DNA from: Candidatus Thorarchaeota archaeon
GTDB lineage: Archaea; Asgardarchaeota; Thorarchaeia; Thorarchaeales; Thorarchaeaceae
Direction: 5' to 3'
NCBI GenBank assembly: GCA_048882485.1
Contig: JBHLRP010000007.1
Coordinates: 24,474 to 88,473 of the forward strand
Length of the DNA stretch: 64,000 nt
The number at the start of each line of letters is the position of its first letter. Position 1 is the first letter of the stretch. The notes beneath the pieces are model-generated. The model did not search any database, had not been told where the DNA came from, and was given only the letters and a program-made list of their open reading frames with translations. Made by a program: the position numbers and the translations under genes. Positions 18,165 to 27,492 of this stretch are shown here, piece after piece.

Positions 18165-19033
18165 TGGGACACCTCCTTCTTTTGCTTCTCTAGAGGCGCC
18201 ACGTTCGCCGTACAGCTGTAGAATTGAAACGCCATGTTCTCCTCAGCAACATATGCTCTCTTTCTGGCAAAGACTAAGTCCCAATTTACTTGATGTCCGT
18301 CGAAGTCAGGGCCATCAACACAAGCAAACTTGGTCGACCCACCAACCTCAACACGGCATACTCCACACATTCCAGTTCCATCAATCATCAGTGTGTTCAA
18401 AGCCACCACGGTTGGGATATCGTGCGGCTGAGTACCTTGGCTTGAGACCATCATCATATACGTACAGCCGACAAAATGTGCATGGTCTATCTTGCCCTCC
18501 TTCTCCAGGATATGTGGTAGAGCCTCCTTGGCATGCCCTTTGATGCCCCGTGACCCATCTCCAGTGACTAGGTATAGCTCATCAAGTACTTCTCGTAGGT
18601 TCTCCTCATTATAGATAATATATGAGGTTCTAGCTTCAAGCATTCCCACTACGCGGTTTCCTGCTTCCTTGAACGCCTTGGCTAATGGGTAGATAGCGCC
18701 AATTCCATAGCAGCCACCTCCTAGGAGGACAGTCCCATGGTTCTCAATTTTGGTTGGTCTCCCTAATGGGCCTACAAGAGTGTGCACAACCTGGCCCGGG
18801 CTCATTTTGCCCAGCTTCATTGTGGTCACGCCTGCTTCGAGATAGTATATTGTTATAGTGCCAGCTTCTGAATCCCAGTCTGACAGGGTGAGAGGCACTC
18901 TCTCTCCAACCTCGTCTGGAATAAGCATAATGAATTGACCTGCCTTGGCACGACGAGCTATGATGGGCGCTTTAAGCACTAATCGTCGTGTATTCGGAAC
19001 GACTTCGGTGTTCTCAAGAATCTGTCCTTTCAC
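18161..19033 (-). CDS. nfnA: NfnA/SudB (PyrK-like) small subunit
   Basis: AKAGQFIML...ERVPLT, GPLG, GGGCYG, MIDGTGMCGVCRV...CVDGPDF. Confidence 0.92.
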   Translation of the reverse strand: MKGQILENTEVVPNTRRLVLKAPIIARRAKAGQFIMLIPDEVGERVPLTLSDWDSEAGTITIYYLEAGVTTMKLGKMSPGQVVHTLVGPLGRPTKIENHGTVLLGGGCYGIGAIYPLAKAFKEAGNRVVGMLEARTSYIIYNEENLREVLDELYLVTGDGSRGIKGHAKEALPHILEKEGKIDHAHFVGCTYMMMVSSQGTQPHDIPTVVALNTLMIDGTGMCGVCRVEVGGSTKFACVDGPDFDGHQVNWDLVFARKRAYVAEENMAFQFYSCTANVAPLEKQKKEVSQ

Positions 19034-21339
19034 CTCGCCACCTCCTGTTTCTGAGAAGCTTGTTTCTCCTCCATGCGTTTCAATAGATCATCAAGTGAGT
19101 CTGTGGAGATGGCTGCATCACGATATGGCAATGCCTTGACGAATGTGCCAAGGTCTGTGACTCTGTCCGGCAACGATGCTCCTCGATATCTCGGATACCA
19201 CTCATTCTTCTCCTTGGTCGCGGGTTTCCAAGATGCTCTCTGAGCCTGTCCACCCACCTCGATATTCCGGCTGAGATGCTGCAGTTCCTCCCATATCTCC
19301 TCGGCATTGGTAAATGAGAATCCATCAATTCCCAATTTCTTAGCAATGTCAGCAAAGATACGCCAGTCCTCTTTTGCAATACCCGGAGGTTTGGCTGCTT
19401 GTTTCAACTTAAAGGGCCTCATTTCAAGATTCACGAATGTGCCATCTTCTTCAACGAAGGCTGCTGATGGAAGGATAATCGAAGCTCTCTCAATCCATTC
19501 AGAAGGATATGGTGATTGATAGATTATAATTGGGACCTTCTCGAAACCTTTCATAGAGATTGAGCCGTCTGCAACATAGAGAACATCGAGCTGGCCTTTC
19601 TTAGCCTTCTCACGCATCTCTGTTAGATGTAAGCCATCGGAGAACTCGCCCTTCCCCCATGCCTTCTTGACTACCGCGGCGGCTTTCTTCACTGTCACAG
19701 ATGAAGGCCCTGGAAGCATATCAGGGCGCAATCCTGCTCTAATAGCCCCTGCCTCGTTGCCCAATGGGAACATAGGCAGAATAATCCCGTCATCGCCGGC
19801 AATCCTTACTAGGGACCTGAGAGCAAGCCTTGGCTCAGGCGACTCAAGGATTCTGGGTCCAATAATAATTGCACCTCTTCCAGACTTGGTGACTTCTAAT
19901 AGTCTCTTTGCCTGACCACCTTTTACGCCTGCGAGCTTCTCCTTTTTGTCTGCTAAATCACTGAGAAGTTTGTGAAGCTTCTTCGGTGAAACTGGGGCGT
20001 ATTCTGTAGCCCATCTACGTAGGTTCATTCCAACCTCATCTAACACAATAAGAGGTGTGCCTTCTTTCACAAACTTGTAGGTCAATTTTGCTACAACTTG
20101 GTGCGTCTTAACGAAGTCGCCTCCGACAGATATTATCCAGTCCGCCTCTTCGAGAGCATCAAGAGATTGGATTCGGTGGAAATCCTGGTCCCTGGCCAGT
20201 TCCTTGTGAATCAGAGCTGGGAAGTCAGATCCCTGAAAATCTACATTGGGGCTTTTGATGCCTGCTCTAGCCAACTTGTTGAATAGGTAAGCTGACTCTG
20301 TGCTCATGTTTGGACTGCCGAGAAGGCCCGCTCGATTGGGGTCAGCATCGCCAAAAATCCCTGCGACTTCGGCAACAGCGTCATCCCACGATACAGGAAT
20401 TAGTTCGTCTCCTCTTCTCACATGAGGTGCCTTTAGCCTGTCAGGAGCATTCACCATAGAGGGAATGCAGAATCTTCCAAGAACGCACATGTGACCGTAG
20501 TTGGGAGCGCTCTTCCTGTCGCCTGGTCCCGTTCCCATAATTCGGTCCCATTTCACATCAAGTCGTGTCTGACAGCCAACTCCGCACAATACGCAGGTGG
20601 ATTCCTCTTCAGAATCAGCCACGCCCATCCATTTGGTCATTCTTGGCATCAATGCCCCTGTTGGGCAGACATCGATACACGCCCCACAGAACCAGCATCC
20701 ACTATCGATGTGTGAGGTTCCGAATGCTGTGTCAACACGCGTTTCATGTCCTCTCTGAGAGAACGTTATAGCACCCGTTCCACGCACTTCATCACATACA
20801 CGAACGCATCTTGCGCATAGAATGCACAGATTGTAGTCTCGATCAAAGAATGGGTCTTCTCTCTCGATTGGCTCGCTCTTGTAATAGGGTTGGTAATCCA
20901 AATCCCTTATCTCCAAGAACTCGACAACCTCTCTCAATTCACAAATATCACGATTAGGACATGTATTGCATCCTGTCACTGCCCCTGCTCTGTGTGACTC
21001 GGTTCTATATTTCAAGCAGTCTGGCCACTCAAAGCAGACGAGGCATGCACTGGGATGTTCTCTGAGGATGAGCTGCAGGATATTGCGCTTCATCTTTAGC
21101 AAGTCATCGGTCTCAGTCTTGATGACCATTCCTTCCTTCGGCGATGTAGTACAGGCGGCTTGATACCCTCTCCATCCCTCAACTTCAATCAGACATAATC
21201 GACAACCGCCATAGGCTTCGAGTTCTTCATGGTCACAAAGGGTTGGAATCTGAATGCCAGCGGACCTAGCAACATCGAGCACTGATTGAGCGTCCTTGGC
21301 AAACTCCACTTTCTTGTCGTTAATGAACATTGTAGGCAT
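19030..21339 (-). CDS. NuoG/Fdh-alpha-like Fe-S subunit without a Mo/W ligand or H-cluster
   Basis: Start ATG 21339 (MPTMFINDKK), overlapping the upstream stop; IPTLC...GGCRLC...AAC, HPSACLVC, CILCARCVRVC, CWFCGACIDVCP, CVLCGVGC; the ligand position reads NVDFQGSD with no Cys/Sec. Confidence 0.85.
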   Translation of the reverse strand: MPTMFINDKKVEFAKDAQSVLDVARSAGIQIPTLCDHEELEAYGGCRLCLIEVEGWRGYQAACTTSPKEGMVIKTETDDLLKMKRNILQLILREHPSACLVCFEWPDCLKYRTESHRAGAVTGCNTCPNRDICELREVVEFLEIRDLDYQPYYKSEPIEREDPFFDRDYNLCILCARCVRVCDEVRGTGAITFSQRGHETRVDTAFGTSHIDSGCWFCGACIDVCPTGALMPRMTKWMGVADSEEESTCVLCGVGCQTRLDVKWDRIMGTGPGDRKSAPNYGHMCVLGRFCIPSMVNAPDRLKAPHVRRGDELIPVSWDDAVAEVAGIFGDADPNRAGLLGSPNMSTESAYLFNKLARAGIKSPNVDFQGSDFPALIHKELARDQDFHRIQSLDALEEADWIISVGGDFVKTHQVVAKLTYKFVKEGTPLIVLDEVGMNLRRWATEYAPVSPKKLHKLLSDLADKKEKLAGVKGGQAKRLLEVTKSGRGAIIIGPRILESPEPRLALRSLVRIAGDDGIILPMFPLGNEAGAIRAGLRPDMLPGPSSVTVKKAAAVVKKAWGKGEFSDGLHLTEMREKAKKGQLDVLYVADGSISMKGFEKVPIIIYQSPYPSEWIERASIILPSAAFVEEDGTFVNLEMRPFKLKQAAKPPGIAKEDWRIFADIAKKLGIDGFSFTNAEEIWEELQHLSRNIEVGGQAQRASWKPATKEKNEWYPRYRGASLPDRVTDLGTFVKALPYRDAAISTDSLDDLLKRMEEKQASQKQEVAR

Positions 21340-23165
21340 TATTTGCCACCTCCCTTCTGGAAAGCTTGGATTTTTTCCACGGCTGACGCTTTTGGTGGAC
21401 AGACCTCGAAGCAAGCTCCGCATTTTATACAAAGGTCTTGATCTATCACATGGACAACATCTTTCTCTCCGGTTATTGCGCTGGCTGGGCAAATCCTCTT
21501 GCAAGCGCCGCATGCAATGCATGTTTCAGCATTGATATTGTACTTGATGAGTTCCTTACAGACCATAGCCCTGCATTTCTTGTCATTGATATGTTCTTCA
21601 TACTCCTCTCGAAAGTATCGAAGAGTTGTAAGCACAGGATTTGGCGCAGTCTGGCCAAGACCACACAGTGACCCATCTTTCACAGTGTTGGCCAACTCCG
21701 CTAAAGCTTCTATATCGCCAGACTCACCTTCACCAGACTTAATCTTGTCCAGCAGTTTGAGCATCTGAAGTGTGCCAATTCTGCATGGAGCACACTTTCC
21801 GCAGGATTCCTCTTGAGCGAATGAGAGGAAGTAGCGAGCAACATCGACCATGCATGTTGTCTCGTCCATCACGATCATCCCGCCAGAGCCCATTATGGTT
21901 CCAGCTTGAGTCAACGAGTCATAGTCCACCGGTAGATCGAGCTTGTCTGCTGGAACACAGCCGCCAGATGGACCACCAGTTTGGACAGCTTTGAATTCTG
22001 CATCGTCCTGGATGCCGCCTCCAATATCGAAGATGATAGTGCGCAGAGTTGTACCCATTGGAACTTCAACAAGACCAGAGTTCTCCACTTTTCCAGTTAG
22101 TGCAAAGACTGCTGTTCCTTTGCTCTTTTCAGAACCTACAGAGGAGAACCAATCTGCACCCTTCGCTAGGATGTGTGCAGACGATGCTAGAGATTTGGCA
22201 TTATTGAGTACAGTAGGTTTGCCCCAGAGGCCACTCTCCGTTGGGTACGGGGGTCTTGGCCTTGGCATTCCCCTCTTTCCCTCAATGGATGCTAGCAGTG
22301 CAGTTTCTTCACCACACACAAATGCCCCTGCGCCTTCCTTGACGTGCACCTGTGCACTGAAGTCCGATCCTAAAATATCGCTGCCAACGAATCCTCTTGC
22401 TTTCGCATCCTCTAGGGCTTTTCTAAAGCGCTTGACAGCTAATGGGTATTCATGGCGGACGTATATGTATGCATCACTCGCACCAATCGCATAGCATGCA
22501 ATCAGCATCCCCTCCAGCACGCTGTGAGGATCCGCTTCAAGCAACGAACGATCCATGAACGCTCCAGGGTCTCCCTCATCAGCATTGCAGACGACATATT
22601 TCTGGTCGCCTGGTGCATTTCTTCCAAGCTTCCATTTTAGGCCCGTTGAGAATCCGGCTCCGCCTCTCCCTCTGAGACCAGAGCTGATGACCTCCTCCAC
22701 TACCTCCTCGGGCGTCATCGTAGTCAATGCCCTCTTGAGGCCTTCATATCCGCCTCTACCGATGTAGTCATCTATATTCTCTGGGTCAATCTCTCCACAG
22801 TTATGCAGAATGATTCTGTGCTGATGCGAATAGAATGGAATCTCATCATATTTCGGAATCTTCTCCTCTGTGTTTGGCTCAATGTAGTAAAGCCGCTCCA
22901 AGGGTTGGCCATTGATCAGGTGGGACTCGACAATATCGGGAACATCCGACTCTTGGACCATCGCATAGAACGTTCCCTCTGGCTGGATGGCTATAATTGG
23001 TCCCTGCTGACAAAATCCATGGCAACCAGTTTTCTTGACTTGAACCTTCTTCTCAGCACCTTGCTTCTTGACTTCTTCGACTAGCTTCTCGTGGATGACG
23101 GCAGACTTGGAGGACTCACATCCGGTCCCTCTGCAGATGAAGACGGTTCTAATATCCTCTGTCAT
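21339..23165 (-). CDS. nuoF: NuoF/HydB-like FMN/NAD-binding subunit with N-terminal 2Fe-2S and C-terminal 2x[4Fe-4S] domains
   Basis: CRGTGC...GCHGFC, GLRGRGGAGF, CNADEGDPGAFMDR, GAFVCGEET, GGPSGGC, ESCGKCAPCR, CIACGACKRICP, CIKCGACFEVCP. Confidence 0.93.
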   Translation of the reverse strand: MTEDIRTVFICRGTGCESSKSAVIHEKLVEEVKKQGAEKKVQVKKTGCHGFCQQGPIIAIQPEGTFYAMVQESDVPDIVESHLINGQPLERLYYIEPNTEEKIPKYDEIPFYSHQHRIILHNCGEIDPENIDDYIGRGGYEGLKRALTTMTPEEVVEEVISSGLRGRGGAGFSTGLKWKLGRNAPGDQKYVVCNADEGDPGAFMDRSLLEADPHSVLEGMLIACYAIGASDAYIYVRHEYPLAVKRFRKALEDAKARGFVGSDILGSDFSAQVHVKEGAGAFVCGEETALLASIEGKRGMPRPRPPYPTESGLWGKPTVLNNAKSLASSAHILAKGADWFSSVGSEKSKGTAVFALTGKVENSGLVEVPMGTTLRTIIFDIGGGIQDDAEFKAVQTGGPSGGCVPADKLDLPVDYDSLTQAGTIMGSGGMIVMDETTCMVDVARYFLSFAQEESCGKCAPCRIGTLQMLKLLDKIKSGEGESGDIEALAELANTVKDGSLCGLGQTAPNPVLTTLRYFREEYEEHINDKKCRAMVCKELIKYNINAETCIACGACKRICPASAITGEKDVVHVIDQDLCIKCGACFEVCPPKASAVEKIQAFQKGGGK

Positions 23166-23632
23166 TTACTAGCCCCCTTCTTCTCGTCCTCTTTGTCCTT
23201 CTTGTCGATCTGCTGGAAGAGTCTTGACATTTTGCGCTGTGTCATCTTTCCGTGAACCTCGTCATCGACCACAGCTACAGGAGCTAGAGCACAGCATCCA
23301 AGACATGCTACACGTTCCAGACTATACTTACCATCCTCAGTTGTTTCACCAGGCTCTACTCCCAGGCGTTCCGTAGTCGCAGCAAGCAGGCTTCCTCCTC
23401 CCTGAACAAAACATGCAGTTCCCATGCACATCTTCAATTGATGCTTGCCAGGCGGAGAAAAGCGGAAGTTCTTGTAGAAGGTAGCCACGCCGTAGACCTC
23501 TTGCTCGCTTAGATGCATCTCCTCTGCTAGCCATTGAACAGCCTCTCGAGGGATGTATCCAAGACGCACCTGAATCTTCTGAAGGTGGGGGATAAGCTCT
23601 GAAACAAGAGATTCTCTGGAAGGTTCGTGCAT
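23162..23632 (-). CDS. nuoE: NuoE/HydC-like [2Fe-2S] subunit
   Basis: VATFY, CMGTAC, CLGCCALAP. Confidence 0.93.
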   Translation of the reverse strand: MHEPSRESLVSELIPHLQKIQVRLGYIPREAVQWLAEEMHLSEQEVYGVATFYKNFRFSPPGKHQLKMCMGTACFVQGGGSLLAATTERLGVEPGETTEDGKYSLERVACLGCCALAPVAVVDDEVHGKMTQRKMSRLFQQIDKKDKEDEKKGASK

Positions 23633-23771
23633 GAATCGGGCACCCTTGTATCACAGATAAAAGGATTTGGAAACGACTTGGAATTTGAAGCGTCACAAGA
23701 GAGGATGCAAGGATTGCATGTATTGTAAGGGTTCATTAGACAGAGGCAGGCTTCCTTAGTCTAGGTGTGTA

Positions 23772-25295
23772 TTGTTGCAAAAAGCCCCTATGACGACTCA
23801 GGAGATGCGGGTCTTGGAGCTCAATTCTGAGTATCTAGGTGTCACGCATAGCATGCTCATGCAGAATGCTGGTCGCGAAGTTGCACGCGTGGTCACGTCA
23901 AACGAGAAGGTAAAAGGCAAGAGAATTGTGATCCTCTGTGGCCTGGGAGGCAATGGCGGCGATGGAATGGTGGCTGCGAGATATCTTCATGAAGAAGGAG
24001 CAGCTGTTGAAGTCTACCTTTTAGGCTCTGAGAATGATATATCCAACCGTGAAACCATCATCAATTGGGGGATATTGAAGAATCTCCAGGAGATATCCCG
24101 GGGTGTTCTGAAGACAGAGTCCTCTGTTAGGAAGACCAAGTCAATTATTGATGCCGACATTATTATTGACGGCATGATGGGATTTGGTCTAAAGAGTCGT
24201 TTACGGGAGCCAATCATATCTGGAGTTGAAATGTTCAATAAGTCAACGGCTAAGAAGTATGCAATTGATGTTCCTACAGGCATTAATTCAGATACAGGGG
24301 AGATTCATGGCAAGGCGGTGAATGCAGATGTGACAATCGCGCTTCACGGGCCGAAGAAGGGAACTCTAGCAGTGAAAGAACTGGTTGGGAAGACGAAAAT
24401 TGTTTCAATAGGGATTCCTGCAGAGGCTAGTACCATATGTGGACCTGGTGACCTGTCCTACTTTGTACAGCCACGCAAGTCTACAGCTCGAAAAGGGGAT
24501 TTTGGAAGAATACTAGTGGTTGGTGGTAGTGATGTCTATTCTGGAGCGCCAGCTCTAGCTGGCCTCGCAGCCCTTCGTACAGGTGCGGACCTGGTAAGCA
24601 TAATTGCCCCTGAGCCAGTTGTTGCAGCTGTACGGTCCTATAGCCCGAATCTAATGGTCAGCAGTCTGGGAACTCGAGTCCTCATGCAAGAGTCAGTCGA
24701 TTCCATCATTGAGGCCGCAGCCTCCCAAGACGTTGTTGCACTTGGACCCGGCTTGGGTCTTGACCATGAGACCGTTTTGGCTGTCAGGGCAATTGTTAGC
24801 GAGTTGGTTCAAATGTCAAAACCAATCATTATGGATGCTGATGGACTCAAGGCTTTGGCTGGATCGGAGCAATGCCTGAATCCAGACTTCTCCGTACTTA
24901 CACCTCATTGGGGAGAGCTATCTATCTTAATGGAGAAGAATATTGGAGTTTCGAGTGATATGGCAAATCGAATATCCATGGCTCTAGAAACCGCAAAGAA
25001 GTATGACTCAGTAATCTTGCTCAAGGGGCCGATTGACATTGTTGCTCATCCTGATGGACGGCACAAACTAAATCGCACCGGGGTTCCGGCGATGAGTGTG
25101 GGGGGTACAGGTGATGTTCTGTCAGGGATTGTTGCTGCTTTGCTGGCAAGAGGACATGGTGCTTTCAAAGCGGCTTCAGCCGCAGCCTTCGTGTCAGGTT
25201 CAGCTGGTGAATTAGCTTTCAACGACCTTGGCGATCATATCATGGCCACTGATTGCATAGATAGGATTCCAGCAGCAATGAGTTCCAGACACTAA
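23772..25295 (+). CDS. nnr: Bifunctional NAD(P)H-hydrate epimerase/dehydratase (NnrE-NnrD)
   Basis: LMQNAG, GLGGNGGDG, DVPTG; KGDFGRILVVGGS, GPGLG, DADGL, LTPHWGE, GGTGDVLSG. Confidence 0.94.
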   Translation: MLQKAPMTTQEMRVLELNSEYLGVTHSMLMQNAGREVARVVTSNEKVKGKRIVILCGLGGNGGDGMVAARYLHEEGAAVEVYLLGSENDISNRETIINWGILKNLQEISRGVLKTESSVRKTKSIIDADIIIDGMMGFGLKSRLREPIISGVEMFNKSTAKKYAIDVPTGINSDTGEIHGKAVNADVTIALHGPKKGTLAVKELVGKTKIVSIGIPAEASTICGPGDLSYFVQPRKSTARKGDFGRILVVGGSDVYSGAPALAGLAALRTGADLVSIIAPEPVVAAVRSYSPNLMVSSLGTRVLMQESVDSIIEAAASQDVVALGPGLGLDHETVLAVRAIVSELVQMSKPIIMDADGLKALAGSEQCLNPDFSVLTPHWGELSILMEKNIGVSSDMANRISMALETAKKYDSVILLKGPIDIVAHPDGRHKLNRTGVPAMSVGGTGDVLSGIVAALLARGHGAFKAASAAAFVSGSAGELAFNDLGDHIMATDCIDRIPAAMSSRH

Positions 25296-26272
25296 TCTAT
25301 GATTGGCATCTTGCTTAGGAGTGACCTAGCTAGCGACTTGTTCTCCTTATGGACCGGCACCCATACAATTCCTGCGCCAGGTTGCCCGTAAAGCATGACT
25401 GATTTATTGGGTGCTAGGAGGACTCCAGGGAATCCCATGAGGTCTTCTTCTCCATCAACAACAATCAAGGATTTCTTCTTGTCACGTATCGCTGTATCGA
25501 TGGTGGACCATGCTTCAGGATATAGCACCGCCGCAGGATTATAGAACATGTATTCTCGTTCTCCAGAGAAAGTTACTTCGAATTTCCCTCGTTTCGTGAT
25601 TCCATCCACAATCGACACATCAGGGATGAATCCTTCCTCAATAAGAGTCGCCGCGGTTACATCACCCACAGCTATGACACACTTTGGATTCTCTTCGATA
25701 ATTCTTTTAACTACTCCCTTCTGGGGCGGGCCATCCATCTTGTGGTATAGGTCTCCTTTTGGCGCCTTAAGGTCGCCTCTTTGCGAGAAATCGAGTCTTC
25801 GTGGTGGTTCCTTGGTTCCTCTGAGACGTTTTCCTTCTCTATCTATTTCCCCTTTCCGAACTCTGGCTGAGGTGAGTTTGTTTCCGTCGTATGCTCGGAC
25901 TGGCTTTAGGTAATCAAGGACATCTTCGTATCCGGTCCTCTTATCCAGCGCACCGGATCTCACTTCATCACAGCAAGGCCCTTGATACATCAAGAACGTC
26001 GTTGCTCCATCAATGGCAAGCAACTCGCTGAACCGCGTCATTGTGATGGCATCAATTGTTTCATTCAGTTCTTCTTCCCTAAGGTATTCCTTCAGCTTTG
26101 CGAGCCTATCTCCAATTGGTTGGATTATGCACTGAAGGTCAAGATTCCTTCCCACAATCTCACCCCCCGTGACCGCCGCAACGGGACTGGGCATGTCTGA
26201 CAATTTATCTATCAATGCTTGATGTCCCAGATGGAATCTATCAAAGAGGTTCAGCGCATAGGTGCCTGTCAT
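25292..26272 (-). CDS. Fusion of archaeal phosphopantetheine adenylyltransferase and GTP-dependent dephospho-CoA kinase (DUF359)
   Basis: N-terminal FDRFHLGH and KLTSARVRKGEIDREG; C-terminal VGDVT, DGITKR, NPA, VDGEEDL, YGQPG. Confidence 0.85.
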   Translation of the reverse strand: MTGTYALNLFDRFHLGHQALIDKLSDMPSPVAAVTGGEIVGRNLDLQCIIQPIGDRLAKLKEYLREEELNETIDAITMTRFSELLAIDGATTFLMYQGPCCDEVRSGALDKRTGYEDVLDYLKPVRAYDGNKLTSARVRKGEIDREGKRLRGTKEPPRRLDFSQRGDLKAPKGDLYHKMDGPPQKGVVKRIIEENPKCVIAVGDVTAATLIEEGFIPDVSIVDGITKRGKFEVTFSGEREYMFYNPAAVLYPEAWSTIDTAIRDKKKSLIVVDGEEDLMGFPGVLLAPNKSVMLYGQPGAGIVWVPVHKENKSLARSLLSKMPIID

Positions 26273-26358
26273 GAATCACACACTCACTATGTCTGTTTTG
26301 AAACTTTAATATCCTTGTTTAACATGTCTGATTCCATTCGTATTGCAGAGCCATCAGA

Positions 26359-27054
26359 ATGAAAATACTAGCGGTAGCAGACGTACATAGTCCTCGGTTT
26401 CATGAAGAGTTCAAATTAGAGCTCTCCACGCACTCTGATCCTGATATGTTCCTCATGGCCGGTGACATGATAAACCGGGGAAATGCTGATGAAATTGTAC
26501 GAGTTCTTGATACGATAGAAGATACCCTTGGTGTTGACTTCCCCATCATAGGCTGCTTTGGAAATGAAGAATATGCTGAGATACGTAAGCACCTAGCAAG
26601 CCTTGTCGAGGGGAGGATGATCTTTCTTGATGAACAGTATTCTTCAGTGAAATCAGATGGCAAGATGGTTGGTATCGTTGGTACACAAGGTTCTCTTGAC
26701 AAAGCAACCACATGGCAAAGGCGCAACATACCCTCTATAAAGAGGGTCTTCGAGAGACGTGCAGCCAGAGCATCAACCCTTCTAAAGGGTATCATGAAAA
26801 AGGTGGACTACACCATCCTCCTTATGCATTACAGTCCCTGCCTAGAGACCTGCGAAGGGGAAGAAACCAAAGCCTTTGCTTGGCTAGGAAGCAGGAAGTT
26901 CTATAGTGTGGTTGAGAAGCGTCAGCCCAACCTGGTCATTCATGGACATGTCCACAACGCCTCGAAACATGAGGCTGTCATAGGACGCACGCTCGTTCGA
27001 AACGTATCCCTTCCTGCAGTAGGCAAGATTACCGAGCTCAATCTTTGGAGCTAG
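26359..27054 (+). CDS. Calcineurin-like metallophosphoesterase
   Basis: ADVH, AGDM, GNEE, MHYSP, HGHVH. Confidence 0.9.
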   Translation: MKILAVADVHSPRFHEEFKLELSTHSDPDMFLMAGDMINRGNADEIVRVLDTIEDTLGVDFPIIGCFGNEEYAEIRKHLASLVEGRMIFLDEQYSSVKSDGKMVGIVGTQGSLDKATTWQRRNIPSIKRVFERRAARASTLLKGIMKKVDYTILLMHYSPCLETCEGEETKAFAWLGSRKFYSVVEKRQPNLVIHGHVHNASKHEAVIGRTLVRNVSLPAVGKITELNLWS

Positions 27055-27056
27055 TT

Positions 27057-27485
27057 CTATGGATATGCATGCCCCGTTACTTTGAGTACTGGCTCGAACT
27101 TGTATCCATATACAATGACGCCTGCATCACCGTGCTGAGTGATCTTGCGGAAACACGCCCTAACTCTCATTCCGATCTTGACTTCATCCAAATCGACATT
27201 GACAATTTGGGCTGTAATCCGTGCTCCTTCGTCCAACTCTACCTGTGCCACAACATAGGGGATTTGTCGCTTGAAGTCCTCTGGTCCTTGACGTACAATA
27301 GCAAATGTATGAATCTTGCCAAGCCCCTTGAACTTGTGCGCCTCCAGTACTCCTTTTCGTCTGCAAGTTGGACAGACTGGTCTAGGCGGAAAGAAGAATG
27401 TATCACATGTCTTGCAGTGATTACCTTCAATGTTGTATATGGCCCGAATTCTTCTCCAGACCTGTGCTACTCCATGTGTTGCCAT
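27057..27485 (-). CDS. DUF35 Zn-ribbon/OB-fold scaffold of the thiolase-HMGCS complex
   Basis: CKTC...FFPPRPVCPTC, OB fold ending YGYKF; follows thiolase. Confidence 0.92.
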   Translation of the reverse strand: MATHGVAQVWRRIRAIYNIEGNHCKTCDTFFFPPRPVCPTCRRKGVLEAHKFKGLGKIHTFAIVRQGPEDFKRQIPYVVAQVELDEGARITAQIVNVDLDEVKIGMRVRACFRKITQHGDAGVIVYGYKFEPVLKVTGHAYP

Positions 27486-27492
27486 TCTCTTT

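Noticed and set aside
19030-21339. [FeFe]-hydrogenase or formate dehydrogenase catalytic subunit
   Set aside because: No H-cluster motifs; no Cys or in-frame TGA (Sec) at the Mo-ligand position
21340-21522. Cys/Arg-rich N-terminal extension of the NuoG-like ORF; likewise the extensions of rps17e (50859-50960), SMC (12049-12093) and the hybrid kinase (54662-54703)
   Set aside because: They overlap neighbouring genes or promoters; better starts exist at 21339, 50858, 12048 and 54661
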